64,000 nucleotides of DNA from assembly GCF_031995485.1 (NCBI RefSeq), contig NZ_DAMAGB010000003.1, positions 133,252 through 197,251 on the forward strand, given 5' to 3'. This document shows, piece after piece, positions 40,163 through 48,809 of the stretch. Position numbers and translations under genes: made by a program. The notes under the pieces are model-generated. The model did no database searches. It was not told the DNA's origin and was given only the letters and a program-made list of their open reading frames with translations. Source of the DNA: Janthinobacterium sp. Lineage in GTDB: Bacteria > Pseudomonadota > Gammaproteobacteria > Burkholderiales > Burkholderiaceae_D. Positions within the stretch are counted from its first letter, which is position 1; every line of letters starts with the position of its first letter.

Positions 40163-41088
40163 TGCTTCTCTCCCTGGTTCTGGTCCGTCTTGTATTTGTT
40201 AAAGATCGCCATCGGCACCAGGATCAGCAGGATCACCAGCACCGTTACCGACGAGGCCATGGCCCAGTCGTTATTGGTGAAATATTCGTCCCACAGCACG
40301 CGGCCGATCATCAGCGTTTCCGGGCCGCCGAGCAGCTCGGGAATCACGTATTCGCCCACCGACGGAATAAAGACCAGCATGGCGCCGGCGATAATGCCCG
40401 ACTTCGACAGCGGCACCGTGATGCGCCAGAACGCCTGCAGCGGCGTGGCGCCCAGGTCGGCCGCCGCTTCCAGGAAGCGCATGTCCATTTTCACCAGGTT
40501 GGCGTACAGCGGCAGGATCATGAACGGCAGGTAGGCGTAGACCATGCCGACCACCAGCGAGAACGAAGTGTTCATCATCTGCACGGGTTCCGTCACCGCG
40601 CCCAGCGCGATCAGCAGGTCGTTCAGCAGGCCGTGGTTGGCCAGGATGCCCTTCCACGCATACACGCGCAGCAGGAACGAGGTCCAGAACGGCAGCATCA
40701 CCAGCATCATCAGGATCGGCCGCGTCGACGGTTTGGCGCGCGCCATGAAGTAGGCAAACGGGTAGCCGACCACCAGGCAGATGGCGGTGGTGATGGCCGC
40801 ATACTTGATCGAACTGAGATAAGTGAGCAGGTACAGTTCATCGGCGGCGATAAACAGGTAGTTTGCCACTTTTACCTTCAGCACCACGATGCCGTCGACA
40901 TACGACAGCAGGCCGCCGAACGGGCTGCCGGCCGTGTCCATGTCGGACAGGCTGATGCGCAGCACGATCAGAAACGGGATCAGGAAGGCGGCGGTCAGGA
41001 ACAGCGCCGGCACGGCGATAACGGCATTGCGCCCGGTGGCCCAACGCAGGGTCAGCAGATTGCGCAGCGAATGCAGAAGAGAATTCAT
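40159..41088 (-). CDS. polyamine ABC transporter permease (PotB/PotH/SpuG-like)
   Basis: EAAADLGATPLQAFWRITVPLS EAA-loop motif. Confidence 0.88.
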   Translation of the reverse strand: MNSLLHSLRNLLTLRWATGRNAVIAVPALFLTAAFLIPFLIVLRISLSDMDTAGSPFGGLLSYVDGIVVLKVKVANYLFIAADELYLLTYLSSIKYAAITTAICLVVGYPFAYFMARAKPSTRPILMMLVMLPFWTSFLLRVYAWKGILANHGLLNDLLIALGAVTEPVQMMNTSFSLVVGMVYAYLPFMILPLYANLVKMDMRFLEAAADLGATPLQAFWRITVPLSKSGIIAGAMLVFIPSVGEYVIPELLGGPETLMIGRVLWDEYFTNNDWAMASSVTVLVILLILVPMAIFNKYKTDQNQGEKQ

Positions 41089-41095
41089 GCAGGCC

Positions 41096-42244
41096 TCAGC
41101 TGGTCAGCACGACGATGTCGGCGCCATCCCACCAGACCCAGACGCGCTGCTCGCGCTCGAGGCGCGACACGTCATGGCGCGCCGCATTGGTGCGCGACAC
41201 CTTCACCACCGTGCCGCTGTCGAGGCGCACATGGTAGCTGGTCTCGTTGCCGAAATACGCCATGGCGACGATCACGCCCTGGGCGCAGTTGTAGCCATGT
41301 TCCGCCGCCGAGGCGCGTTCCTCCAGCGAGGGCGCGTCGGGCTGGATACCGATTTTTTCGGGGCGCACCGCCACCGACACATCCATGCCCAGGTTGCCGG
41401 TGATGCCGTGCGCGACGTAATGGCGCCCTTCCGGCGTATCGACCACCACGTGATCGGGTTCGTCTTCCGTGATGCGGCCGTCGAACAGGTTGACGCTGCC
41501 GATAAAGTCGGCCACGAAGCGGCAGTTCGGCGTCTCGTAGATTTCGCCGGGCGCGCCCACCTGCAGGATGCGCCCTTCGCTCATCACGGCGATGCGCGTG
41601 GCCATGCTCATCGCCTCGTCCTGGTCGTGCGTGACCATCACGCAGGTAACGCCTACCTGCTCGATGATATTGACCAGTTCCATCTGCGTGCGCTCGCGCA
41701 GTTTTTTATCCAGCGCGCCCAGCGGCTCGTCGAGCAGCAGCAACTGCGGCCGCTTGGCCAGGCTGCGCGCCAGCGCCACGCGCTGCTGCTGGCCGCCGGA
41801 CAATTGATGCGGCTTGCGCTTCGCATACGGCGTCAGCTGCACCAGCGCCAGCATCTGCTCGACGCGCGCGCTGATGTCCCCCTTCGGCAGGCCGTCGCGG
41901 CGCAGGCCGAACGCGATGTTGTCCCATACGGACAAGTGCGGGAACAGCGCATACGACTGGAACATCATGTTGATCGGCCGCTGGTGCGGCGGCACGTCGA
42001 CGATGCTGCTGCCTCCAAGCTCGATGCGGCCGGAGGTCGGCGTCTCGAAACCGGCCAGCATGCGCAGCAGGGTCGACTTGCCGCAGCCTGAACTGCCCAG
42101 CAGGGCAAAGATCTCGCCCTGGTTGATGCTCACGGAAATATCATTGACCGCGCGCACGCCGTCGAATTCCTTGACCAGCTGGTCTATCAGCAGGAATGGC
42201 GCTCGGGCGTCGCTGGCCGACGCGGCAGATGTTGCTATCGTCAT
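41096..42244 (-). CDS. polyamine ABC transporter ATP-binding protein (PotA/PotG/SpuF-like)
   Basis: Walker A GSSGCGKST, signature LSGGQQQRVALAR, Walker B LLLLDEP, C-terminal TOBE-like domain. Confidence 0.9.
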   Translation of the reverse strand: MTIATSAASASDARAPFLLIDQLVKEFDGVRAVNDISVSINQGEIFALLGSSGCGKSTLLRMLAGFETPTSGRIELGGSSIVDVPPHQRPINMMFQSYALFPHLSVWDNIAFGLRRDGLPKGDISARVEQMLALVQLTPYAKRKPHQLSGGQQQRVALARSLAKRPQLLLLDEPLGALDKKLRERTQMELVNIIEQVGVTCVMVTHDQDEAMSMATRIAVMSEGRILQVGAPGEIYETPNCRFVADFIGSVNLFDGRITEDEPDHVVVDTPEGRHYVAHGITGNLGMDVSVAVRPEKIGIQPDAPSLEERASAAEHGYNCAQGVIVAMAYFGNETSYHVRLDSGTVVKVSRTNAARHDVSRLEREQRVWVWWDGADIVVLTS

Positions 42245-42275
42245 GGGTGGGTAGCTTGGAATGGGGTGAACAATG

Positions 42276-42304
42276 AAAAACTGGCCGCTACAAAGAGCGG
42301 CCAG
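42276..42304 (-). terminator. intrinsic terminator after the aminotransferase gene, 33 nt upstream of the ABC ATPase start
   Basis: Minus strand CTGGCCGC-TCTTTGTA-GCGGCCAG followed by TTTTTC. Confidence 0.75.
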
Positions 42305-42377
42305 GATGGAAGTTTAGCGGAACTGCTGCCAGAGCGCTCCAGAAAATGCAGTAAGCGCCCTGATTTTGGTGTAAATC

Positions 42378-43838
42378 CTACACCCAGCCCTTGGCCTGCA
42401 CATCCGCATAGGTCTGGTCCAGGCAAACCCGGATCAGGTCCGTCATCTCGTCGATCTGCGCGCGCGTCATCACCAGCGGCGGCGCGACGATCATGCGCTC
42501 GCCCACGGCGCGCATGATCACGCCGTTGTCGAACATGTGGCCGCGGCAGATCATGCCCACGCCCTGCTCCTCGTCGAACAGTTCGTTCTCGTGCACGGTG
42601 GCGCCCTTCCTGCGCACCAGGTTCAGGCCTGCCACCAGGCCGCAGCTGTCCGCATACCCCACCAGCGGATGGTCAGCCAGCGCGGCGAAGCGCTCTTTCA
42701 GATACGGCCCCGTATCCTCTGCCACCTTCTGCACCAATCCTTCTTCTTCGATGATGCGGATATTTTCCAGCGCCGCCGCGCACGCCACCGGGTGGCCCGA
42801 GTACGTGTAGCCGTGCGTGAATTCGCCGCCCTTCCCGATCAGAACGCGCGCCACGCGCTCGCCCACCATCACGCCACCCAAAGGCACGTAGCCGGAGGTG
42901 ACGCCCTTGGCGAACGTGATCAGGTCCGGCTTGATGCCAAACAGTTCGGAGCCGAACCAGCGGCCCAGGCGGCCGAAGCCGCAGATCACTTCATCGGCGA
43001 TCAGGAGGATGCCGTACTTGTCGCAGATACGCTGGATTTCGGGCCAGTAGGTCGACGGCGGAATGATCACGCCGCCCGCGCCCTGCACCGGTTCGCCGAT
43101 AAAGGCCGCCACCTTGTCGGCGCCCACTTCCAGGATCTTTTCTTCCAGCCAGCCGGCAGCCTTCAGGCCGAATTCCTCGGGCGTGAGACCCTGGCCCGCT
43201 TCCAGGTAATTGGGCTGGCCGATATGCACGATGCCGGGGATCGGCAGGCCGCCCTGCGCATGCATGCCATCCATGCCGCCCAGCGACGCCCCTGCCACCG
43301 TGCTGCCGTGATAGGCGTTGTGGCGGCTGATAATGGTGTGGCGCTCCTTGTAGCCGAGCAGGTCCCAGTAGCGGCGCACCATGCGCAGGTTGGTGTCGTT
43401 CGCTTCCGAGCCGGAGCTGGTAAAGAACACATGCTCGAACTGCGGCGGCGAGATCTGCGCCAGCTTGGCCGCCAGCTGCGCGGCCGGCAGGTTGGTAGTG
43501 CCAAAGAAGCTGTTATAGAACGGCAGCGTTTCCATCTGCTGGTAGACCGCTTGCGAGATCGAGGTGCGGCCATAGCCGACATTGACGCACCACAGGCCCG
43601 ACATGCCGTCGACGATCTTCTTGCCCTGGCTGTCCCACAGGTAGACGCCCTCGCCGCGCACCATCACGCGCGCGCCCTTGGCGGCCAGGTCCTGGAAATC
43701 GGTAAATGGATGCAGGTAGTGGGCCGAGTCCATCTTCTGGATGGCGGCCGTGTCATACACCTGCGGCGTGGCGTTTTTCTGCGCCACCGAGGCGATAAAG
43801 GCGGCGCTCGGCGCCAGCGGATTGTTATTTGTATTCAT
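42378..43838 (-). CDS. class III (omega) aminotransferase, putrescine--pyruvate aminotransferase SpuC-like
   Basis: GLWCVNVGYGR, DEVICGFGRLG, FAKGVTSGYVPLG (PLP lysine context). Confidence 0.88.
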   Translation of the reverse strand: MNTNNNPLAPSAAFIASVAQKNATPQVYDTAAIQKMDSAHYLHPFTDFQDLAAKGARVMVRGEGVYLWDSQGKKIVDGMSGLWCVNVGYGRTSISQAVYQQMETLPFYNSFFGTTNLPAAQLAAKLAQISPPQFEHVFFTSSGSEANDTNLRMVRRYWDLLGYKERHTIISRHNAYHGSTVAGASLGGMDGMHAQGGLPIPGIVHIGQPNYLEAGQGLTPEEFGLKAAGWLEEKILEVGADKVAAFIGEPVQGAGGVIIPPSTYWPEIQRICDKYGILLIADEVICGFGRLGRWFGSELFGIKPDLITFAKGVTSGYVPLGGVMVGERVARVLIGKGGEFTHGYTYSGHPVACAAALENIRIIEEEGLVQKVAEDTGPYLKERFAALADHPLVGYADSCGLVAGLNLVRRKGATVHENELFDEEQGVGMICRGHMFDNGVIMRAVGERMIVAPPLVMTRAQIDEMTDLIRVCLDQTYADVQAKGWV

Positions 43839-43848
43839 AGGTGATTCC

Positions 43849-45228
43849 TTATACGTGCAATAACAGGTGTTCGCGTTCCCACGGACTGATGACGGTCATG
43901 AACTCCTGGTGTTCCAGGTCCTTGATGGCCGCATACACGTCGATGAATCGGTCGCCCAGCACCGTGCGCAGCTTGTCTTCGCCGCGCAGCAGCTGCAGCG
44001 CTTCCGGCAGGCCTTGCGGCAGTTCGAACTTCATGTCGTAGGCGCTGCCGACCATCATCGGCGTCGCTTCCAGCTGTTCCGTCATGCCCAGGTAGCCGCA
44101 GGCCAGCGTGACGGCCAGTGCCAGGTAAGGGTTGGCATCGGCGCCGATAATGCGGTTTTCCACGCGCCGGTCCTGCACCCCCGATTCGGGCACGCGGAAA
44201 CCGACAGTACGGTTATCGAGGCCCCACTGGATATTGATCGGCGCTGCCGTATGGCGCACGATGCGGCGATACGAATTCACATACGGTGCGACGATCGCCA
44301 TGGCCGACGGCATATAGCGCTGCAGGCCGGCGATATAGTGCTTGAAGATCGGCGCGGCCGAGCCGTCCTCGTTGCTGAAGATGTTCAGGCCCGTTTTCGC
44401 ATCGACCACGCTCTGGTGCACATGCATGGCCGACCCGGGCTCGCCGGCCATCGGCTTGGCCATGAAAGTGGCATACATGTCGTGCTTCAGGGCCGCTTCG
44501 CGCAGGGTGCGCTTGAAGAAGAACACCTTGTCGGCCAGGCCCAGCGGATCGCCGTGCAGGAAGTTGATTTCCATCTGGCCGGCGCCGATCTCGTGGATCA
44601 GGGTGTCGACGTCGAGGTTCATCAGTTCGCAGTAATCGTAGATATCTTCGAACAGCGGATCGAACTCGTTGACGGCATCGATGCTGTACACCTGGCGGCT
44701 GGTCTCGGCGCGGCCGCTGCGGCCGATCGGCGGTTTCAGCGGCAAGTCCGGATCGGTATTTTTCGCCGTCAGGTAGAACTCGAGTTCGGGCGCCACCACC
44801 GGCTTCCAGCCCTTGTCCGCATATAGTTTGAGCACGCGGCGCAGCACCGATCTCGGGGCGAAATCGACCAGCGCGCCATCGGCAAAATAGCAATCGTGGA
44901 TCACCTGGGCGGTCGGGTCGGTGGCCCACGGCACCATGGTGATGGTGGTGGGGTCGGCCTTTAAAATCATGTCGCGGTCGGTGCTGGAAATGGCGCGGTC
45001 ATAGCCGCCGTCGTCGACCGGGTAATTGCCCGTTACCGTCATGCCCAGCACGGCCTCCGGGATGCGCATGCCGCGCTCCTGGGTGAATTTCCCGCGCGGC
45101 AGGATCTTGCCGCGCGCCACGCCCGTCAGGTCGGGCACCAGGCATTCGATTTCCGTGACCCGCTTTTCATTGAGCCACAGGTCCATATCGGTATAAGTGA
45201 AGTTCTCGCGTATCGCCATCTCGTCCAT
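43849..45228 (-). CDS. glutamine synthetase family protein (gamma-glutamylpolyamine synthetase, PuuA/SpuB-like)
   Basis: GS catalytic-domain motifs (KPMAGEPGSAMHVHQS, NRTVGFRVP). Start 45228, or 45219 which has better SD spacing. Confidence 0.88.
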   Translation of the reverse strand: MDEMAIRENFTYTDMDLWLNEKRVTEIECLVPDLTGVARGKILPRGKFTQERGMRIPEAVLGMTVTGNYPVDDGGYDRAISSTDRDMILKADPTTITMVPWATDPTAQVIHDCYFADGALVDFAPRSVLRRVLKLYADKGWKPVVAPELEFYLTAKNTDPDLPLKPPIGRSGRAETSRQVYSIDAVNEFDPLFEDIYDYCELMNLDVDTLIHEIGAGQMEINFLHGDPLGLADKVFFFKRTLREAALKHDMYATFMAKPMAGEPGSAMHVHQSVVDAKTGLNIFSNEDGSAAPIFKHYIAGLQRYMPSAMAIVAPYVNSYRRIVRHTAAPINIQWGLDNRTVGFRVPESGVQDRRVENRIIGADANPYLALAVTLACGYLGMTEQLEATPMMVGSAYDMKFELPQGLPEALQLLRGEDKLRTVLGDRFIDVYAAIKDLEHQEFMTVISPWEREHLLLHV

Positions 45229-45289
45229 CCTCTCGCCGGTCTTGATCAAGCGCCGCCCATCACCGCTGCGGCGCGCTTTTTTTGCTTCC

Positions 45290-46057
45290 TTATTCTGTCT
45301 GTCCGTGTTGCGCATGCCGGTAGTCGCGGCAAGCCTGGCCGAAAGCTTCGAACAGCCGCATCGATTGCGGGTTGTCCGCTACCTGCCATTCAGGATGCCA
45401 CTGCACGCCCAGCGCAAAGCCGGGCGTGCCCGCCACCGTCCAGGCTTCCACCAGGCCGTCGTCGGCCAGCGCTTCCACCAGCAGGCCGTCGGCCAGCCGG
45501 GCAATACCCTGGCCATGCAGGGAATTGACCATCATCTCGCTCTCGCCACCAAGGATGCGAGACAGCAGCGCGCCGGGCGTCAGGCGGACCCGGTGCGCCG
45601 GCGCATACTGGCGCGCCAGGGTGTCATGGATATTTTCGCGGTGGTCCTGCATGCCGGGCACCGCATGCACGGCCTGGTGCAGCGAGCCGCCGAGCGCCAC
45701 GTTGACCTCCTGGAAGCCGCGGCAGATCGCAAACAAAGGCAGCTGGCGCGCCAGCGCGGCGTGGATCAGGGGCATGGTGGTGGCATCGCGCGCCGGGTCC
45801 TGCGGCAGTTCGGGCAATTCGATCTGCTGGCCGTACAGCCGCGCATCGACATTCGAGGCGGAGCCGGTCAGCAGCACGCCGTCGGCAATCTGCAGCGCCG
45901 CGTCCAGGTCGGCGTCCTTGCCGAAGGCAGGCAGCACCAGCGGCATGCAGCCGGACGCATGCAACACCGCATGCAGGTATTTATCCTGCACCGTGTGATA
46001 CGCGTGGCTGCCCAGCTGGCGGTGGCAGGCGGGAACAAGGACGATGGGACGGCGCAT
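45290..46057 (-). CDS. gamma-glutamyl-gamma-aminobutyrate hydrolase family protein (class I glutamine amidotransferase, PuuD/SpuA-like)
   Basis: AICRGFQEVNVALGG (nucleophile Cys), GVQWHPE. Alternative GTG start at 46102. Confidence 0.85.
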   Translation of the reverse strand: MRRPIVLVPACHRQLGSHAYHTVQDKYLHAVLHASGCMPLVLPAFGKDADLDAALQIADGVLLTGSASNVDARLYGQQIELPELPQDPARDATTMPLIHAALARQLPLFAICRGFQEVNVALGGSLHQAVHAVPGMQDHRENIHDTLARQYAPAHRVRLTPGALLSRILGGESEMMVNSLHGQGIARLADGLLVEALADDGLVEAWTVAGTPGFALGVQWHPEWQVADNPQSMRLFEAFGQACRDYRHAQHGQTE

Positions 46058-46274
46058 GGGTTTTGCTCTCGATAGCGTGATGATCCTGTTGGTTGGCTGC
46101 ACGATGCAGCGCCTTCGCCCCTACTCTACAGGATAGAGTTGCTAAACAGCCACACCAATGGCCGCGAGCATGGGCATGATCAACCGCGTGATCAATGGCG
46201 CGGCAGCGGCTACACTACCGCCTTTATTATTGCTACAAGTGAATTAATCATATGCCCGTCTTGCGAGAAACGCC

Positions 46275-47426
46275 ATGAAAAGCATGCCCTGGCGTGACTT
46301 CTTTGCCCTGGTGGTCAGCATCGGCGTGGTCGGCCTGGGGCTGGGCGCCACCATGCCGCTGACCGCCCTCACACTGGACCGGCGCGGCGTCGGCACCGAC
46401 GTGATCGGCATGATCACGGCCTTCAGCGCGCTGGGCATCCTGGCCGCTTCGCCCTTCGTGTCGCGGTGGGTGGGACGCTACGGCGCGCGCGCCACCATGC
46501 TGGGCGCCGTGTGGGCGGCATCGCTGGCCACCATCGCCATGCAGTGCAGCGACAGCCTGGTAGCATGGAGCGTGCTGCGCTTCGTGTTCGGCGGCGCCAT
46601 GGGCGTGCTGTTTACCATCGGCGAGGCGTGGGTCAACCGCCTGGCGCCCGATCATGCACGCGGCAAGGTGGTGGCCATGTACACCACCAGCTTTACCTTT
46701 TTCCAGCTGATCGGCCCCGCGCTGGTGGCCGCTTTCAACGACAAAATTCAATGGAGCTTTGCCGCCTGCGGCCTGCTGTTTTTGCTGGCGCTGCCCGGGC
46801 TGATGCTGATCTCGAACAGCGGCCCGGAACATGATGCCGGCGAAGCGAACGAGCCGGGCTTGAAATGGAGCCTGATTTTGCCGCGCATGCCGATGATCGT
46901 GCTGGGCGCCGCCTTCTTTGCGCTGTTCGACACCTTGGCATTGAGCCTGCTGCCGCTGTACGCGATACGGCACGGCATGGGCACCGAGCTGGCGCTGCTG
47001 TCGGCCACCGTGGTGCTGGTCGGCGACACGGGTTTGCAGTTCGCGCTGGGCTGGATGGCGGACCGCTATGGCCGCGCAAGAGTCCACACCGGCTGCGGCG
47101 TGGCCGTCTGCCTGCTGCTGCCGCTGCTGCCGTTTGCCGTCGGCACGCCGTGGCTGTGGTGGAGCGTGCTGCTGTTGCTGGGAGCAGCGGCCGGCGGCAT
47201 CTACATGCTGGCGCTGGTAGCCTGCGGCGAGCGTTTTACGGGCCTGCCGCTGACCAGCGCCAGCGCCATCGTCAACGCTACCTGGGGCGCGGCCAGCGGC
47301 GGCGGCCCGCTGCTGACGGGCGTGCTGATGCAGTCGGCGGGCGTCAATGCGCTGCCGGCCGTGATGTGGGTGTGCGCCGCCGTATTTGTCGGCAGCGCGG
47401 TGTGGGAAAAGAAAAAAGGAATCTGA
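46275..47426 (+). CDS. MFS transporter
   Basis: 383 aa, about 12 hydrophobic helices. MFS loop motifs (GRYGAR; DRYGRARV). Confidence 0.85.
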   Translation: MKSMPWRDFFALVVSIGVVGLGLGATMPLTALTLDRRGVGTDVIGMITAFSALGILAASPFVSRWVGRYGARATMLGAVWAASLATIAMQCSDSLVAWSVLRFVFGGAMGVLFTIGEAWVNRLAPDHARGKVVAMYTTSFTFFQLIGPALVAAFNDKIQWSFAACGLLFLLALPGLMLISNSGPEHDAGEANEPGLKWSLILPRMPMIVLGAAFFALFDTLALSLLPLYAIRHGMGTELALLSATVVLVGDTGLQFALGWMADRYGRARVHTGCGVAVCLLLPLLPFAVGTPWLWWSVLLLLGAAAGGIYMLALVACGERFTGLPLTSASAIVNATWGAASGGGPLLTGVLMQSAGVNALPAVMWVCAAVFVGSAVWEKKKGI

Positions 47427-47431
47427 AGCGC

Positions 47432-47558
47432 GCAGGTCGGGCAGGTTGGGCAGGTTGGGCAGGTCGGATTAAGCGCAAGGCGCCGTAATCCGACACCACC
47501 GCCGACGCCAACAATATCGTCGGATTACGCGCGGCTTCGCCGCGCTAATCCGACCTAC
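47432..47558. repeat. REP/BIME-like pair preceded by a 4x tandem 9-nt repeat of the REP head
   Basis: GCAGGTCGG GCAGGTTGG GCAGGTTGG GCAGGTCGG (47432-47467) runs into unit A (47459-47496). Inverted unit B at 47519-47558 ends in CTAC (GTAG on the minus strand). Confidence 0.85.
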
Positions 47559-48184
47559 GGTTCCAGCTGGCGTTGCAGCTGCTTTTCTACCGGATAATCG
47601 GGATACGCCTGGCGGAACGCGGCCCACTCCTGCTTCGCCGCCGGCGCCTGGCCGGCCTTGAGCAGGCCGTCGATTTTCACCAGCCAGACGGAGGCGTCGA
47701 GCTTTGGCGGCGCCGGCATCGGCGCAGGTGCCGTCATCGCAGGTGCCGTCATCGCGCGCCGCACCGAGGGTTCGGCACGCATGGCTTCGGCCTGCACCGG
47801 CGGCGCGGGCTGCGCCATGTCGGCCGCAGACGGCGCCACAGGAGGATCGCGCGGTTCGCCAACCACGGGGAACTGCGCCTGCTTGTGCCCGAAGAAATCG
47901 CCGCCAACCAGATTAAAGGTCAGCAGCACGGCGGCGGCCAGGCCCAACGGAATGCGCCAGCGCGCCAGATAATCAAGCGGCTTTTTGGCCGGCAAGGTGC
48001 GCACGGCGCCATCGGCGCTGTCGTTGGCGGCCATAGCATTTGCCACCGGGACCACGGCCACCGGCGTGGCCAGCGCCGTTTCGGCATCGGCCAGGATCGC
48101 CGCATCGAGTTCTGCGGTTGGCGAGGGCTGCGGCAGGCTGGCCAGCAGCGCAGTCAGTTCTTCGTCTTGATGTTCGATAGTCAT
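47555..48184 (-). CDS. putative anti-sigma factor (single-pass membrane protein, no zinc-binding HxxxCxxC motif)
   Basis: ATGA-coupled to the ECF sigma gene. One TM helix (WRIPLGLAAAVLLTFNLVGG). Pro/Ala-rich periplasmic part. Confidence 0.65.
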   Translation of the reverse strand: MTIEHQDEELTALLASLPQPSPTAELDAAILADAETALATPVAVVPVANAMAANDSADGAVRTLPAKKPLDYLARWRIPLGLAAAVLLTFNLVGGDFFGHKQAQFPVVGEPRDPPVAPSAADMAQPAPPVQAEAMRAEPSVRRAMTAPAMTAPAPMPAPPKLDASVWLVKIDGLLKAGQAPAAKQEWAAFRQAYPDYPVEKQLQRQLEP

Positions 48185-48750
48185 GCTCGTCCTCCCGCGC
48201 CGCTGGCGTCAAACTGCGCGCGCAATTTCTGCATCGCGTAGCGCAGCCGGCTTTTCACCGTTTCCGGTTCGGCGCCCGTCACCACGGCGATCTCGTTGAC
48301 GCTCATGGCGCTGAACTGCTGCAGCACCAGCGCTTCCTTCTGTTCCACCGGCAGCAGCGCAATGGCCGCATGCAGCAGTGCGTGGCGCTGCTTCTGCTCG
48401 AACGTCTGCTGCGGCGTGTGCGCCTCGTGCGGCACCTCGGCCAGCACCTCGATATCGAGCGGCAGCGGTTCCTTCTGGCGCAGCATGTCGATCAGGCGGT
48501 TGCGCGCAAGCTGGTACAGCCAGGTGCGAAACGCCGCCTGCGGCTGGTAGCTGGCGCGCGCCGCATGCAGGCTGGCCCAGGCGTCCTGCACGATCTCGTC
48601 AACCCAGGCGCGGCGCGGCGAACGCCACGCCACGAAACGGTACAGCCCCTGGCTGTGGCGCCGGTACAGTTCGCGAAACGACGGCAGGTCGCCGCCGCCG
48701 TAGCGCAGCATCAGCTCTTCATCGGTGGTGCTCTGTAGGGTATCTGGCAT
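48181..48750 (-). CDS. ECF (sigma-70 family group 4) RNA polymerase sigma factor
   Basis: Region 2 (FRELYRRHSQGLYRFV, VQDAW) and region 4 (MSVNEIAVVTGAEPETVKSRLRYA). Start at MPDTLQ (48750). Confidence 0.88.
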   Translation of the reverse strand: MPDTLQSTTDEELMLRYGGGDLPSFRELYRRHSQGLYRFVAWRSPRRAWVDEIVQDAWASLHAARASYQPQAAFRTWLYQLARNRLIDMLRQKEPLPLDIEVLAEVPHEAHTPQQTFEQKQRHALLHAAIALLPVEQKEALVLQQFSAMSVNEIAVVTGAEPETVKSRLRYAMQKLRAQFDASGAGGRA

Positions 48751-48809
48751 GCGAACCAGTGTAGCCGAAGCGGGCGGCGGCCACAATCGCCGCGCGTGCA
48801 TCATCGTGC

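Noticed and set aside
47432-47467. Short tandem repeats as a possible CRISPR array or minisatellite
   Set aside because: The units are only 9 nt with no spacers, and they are identical to the head of the adjacent REP. No cas genes are present.
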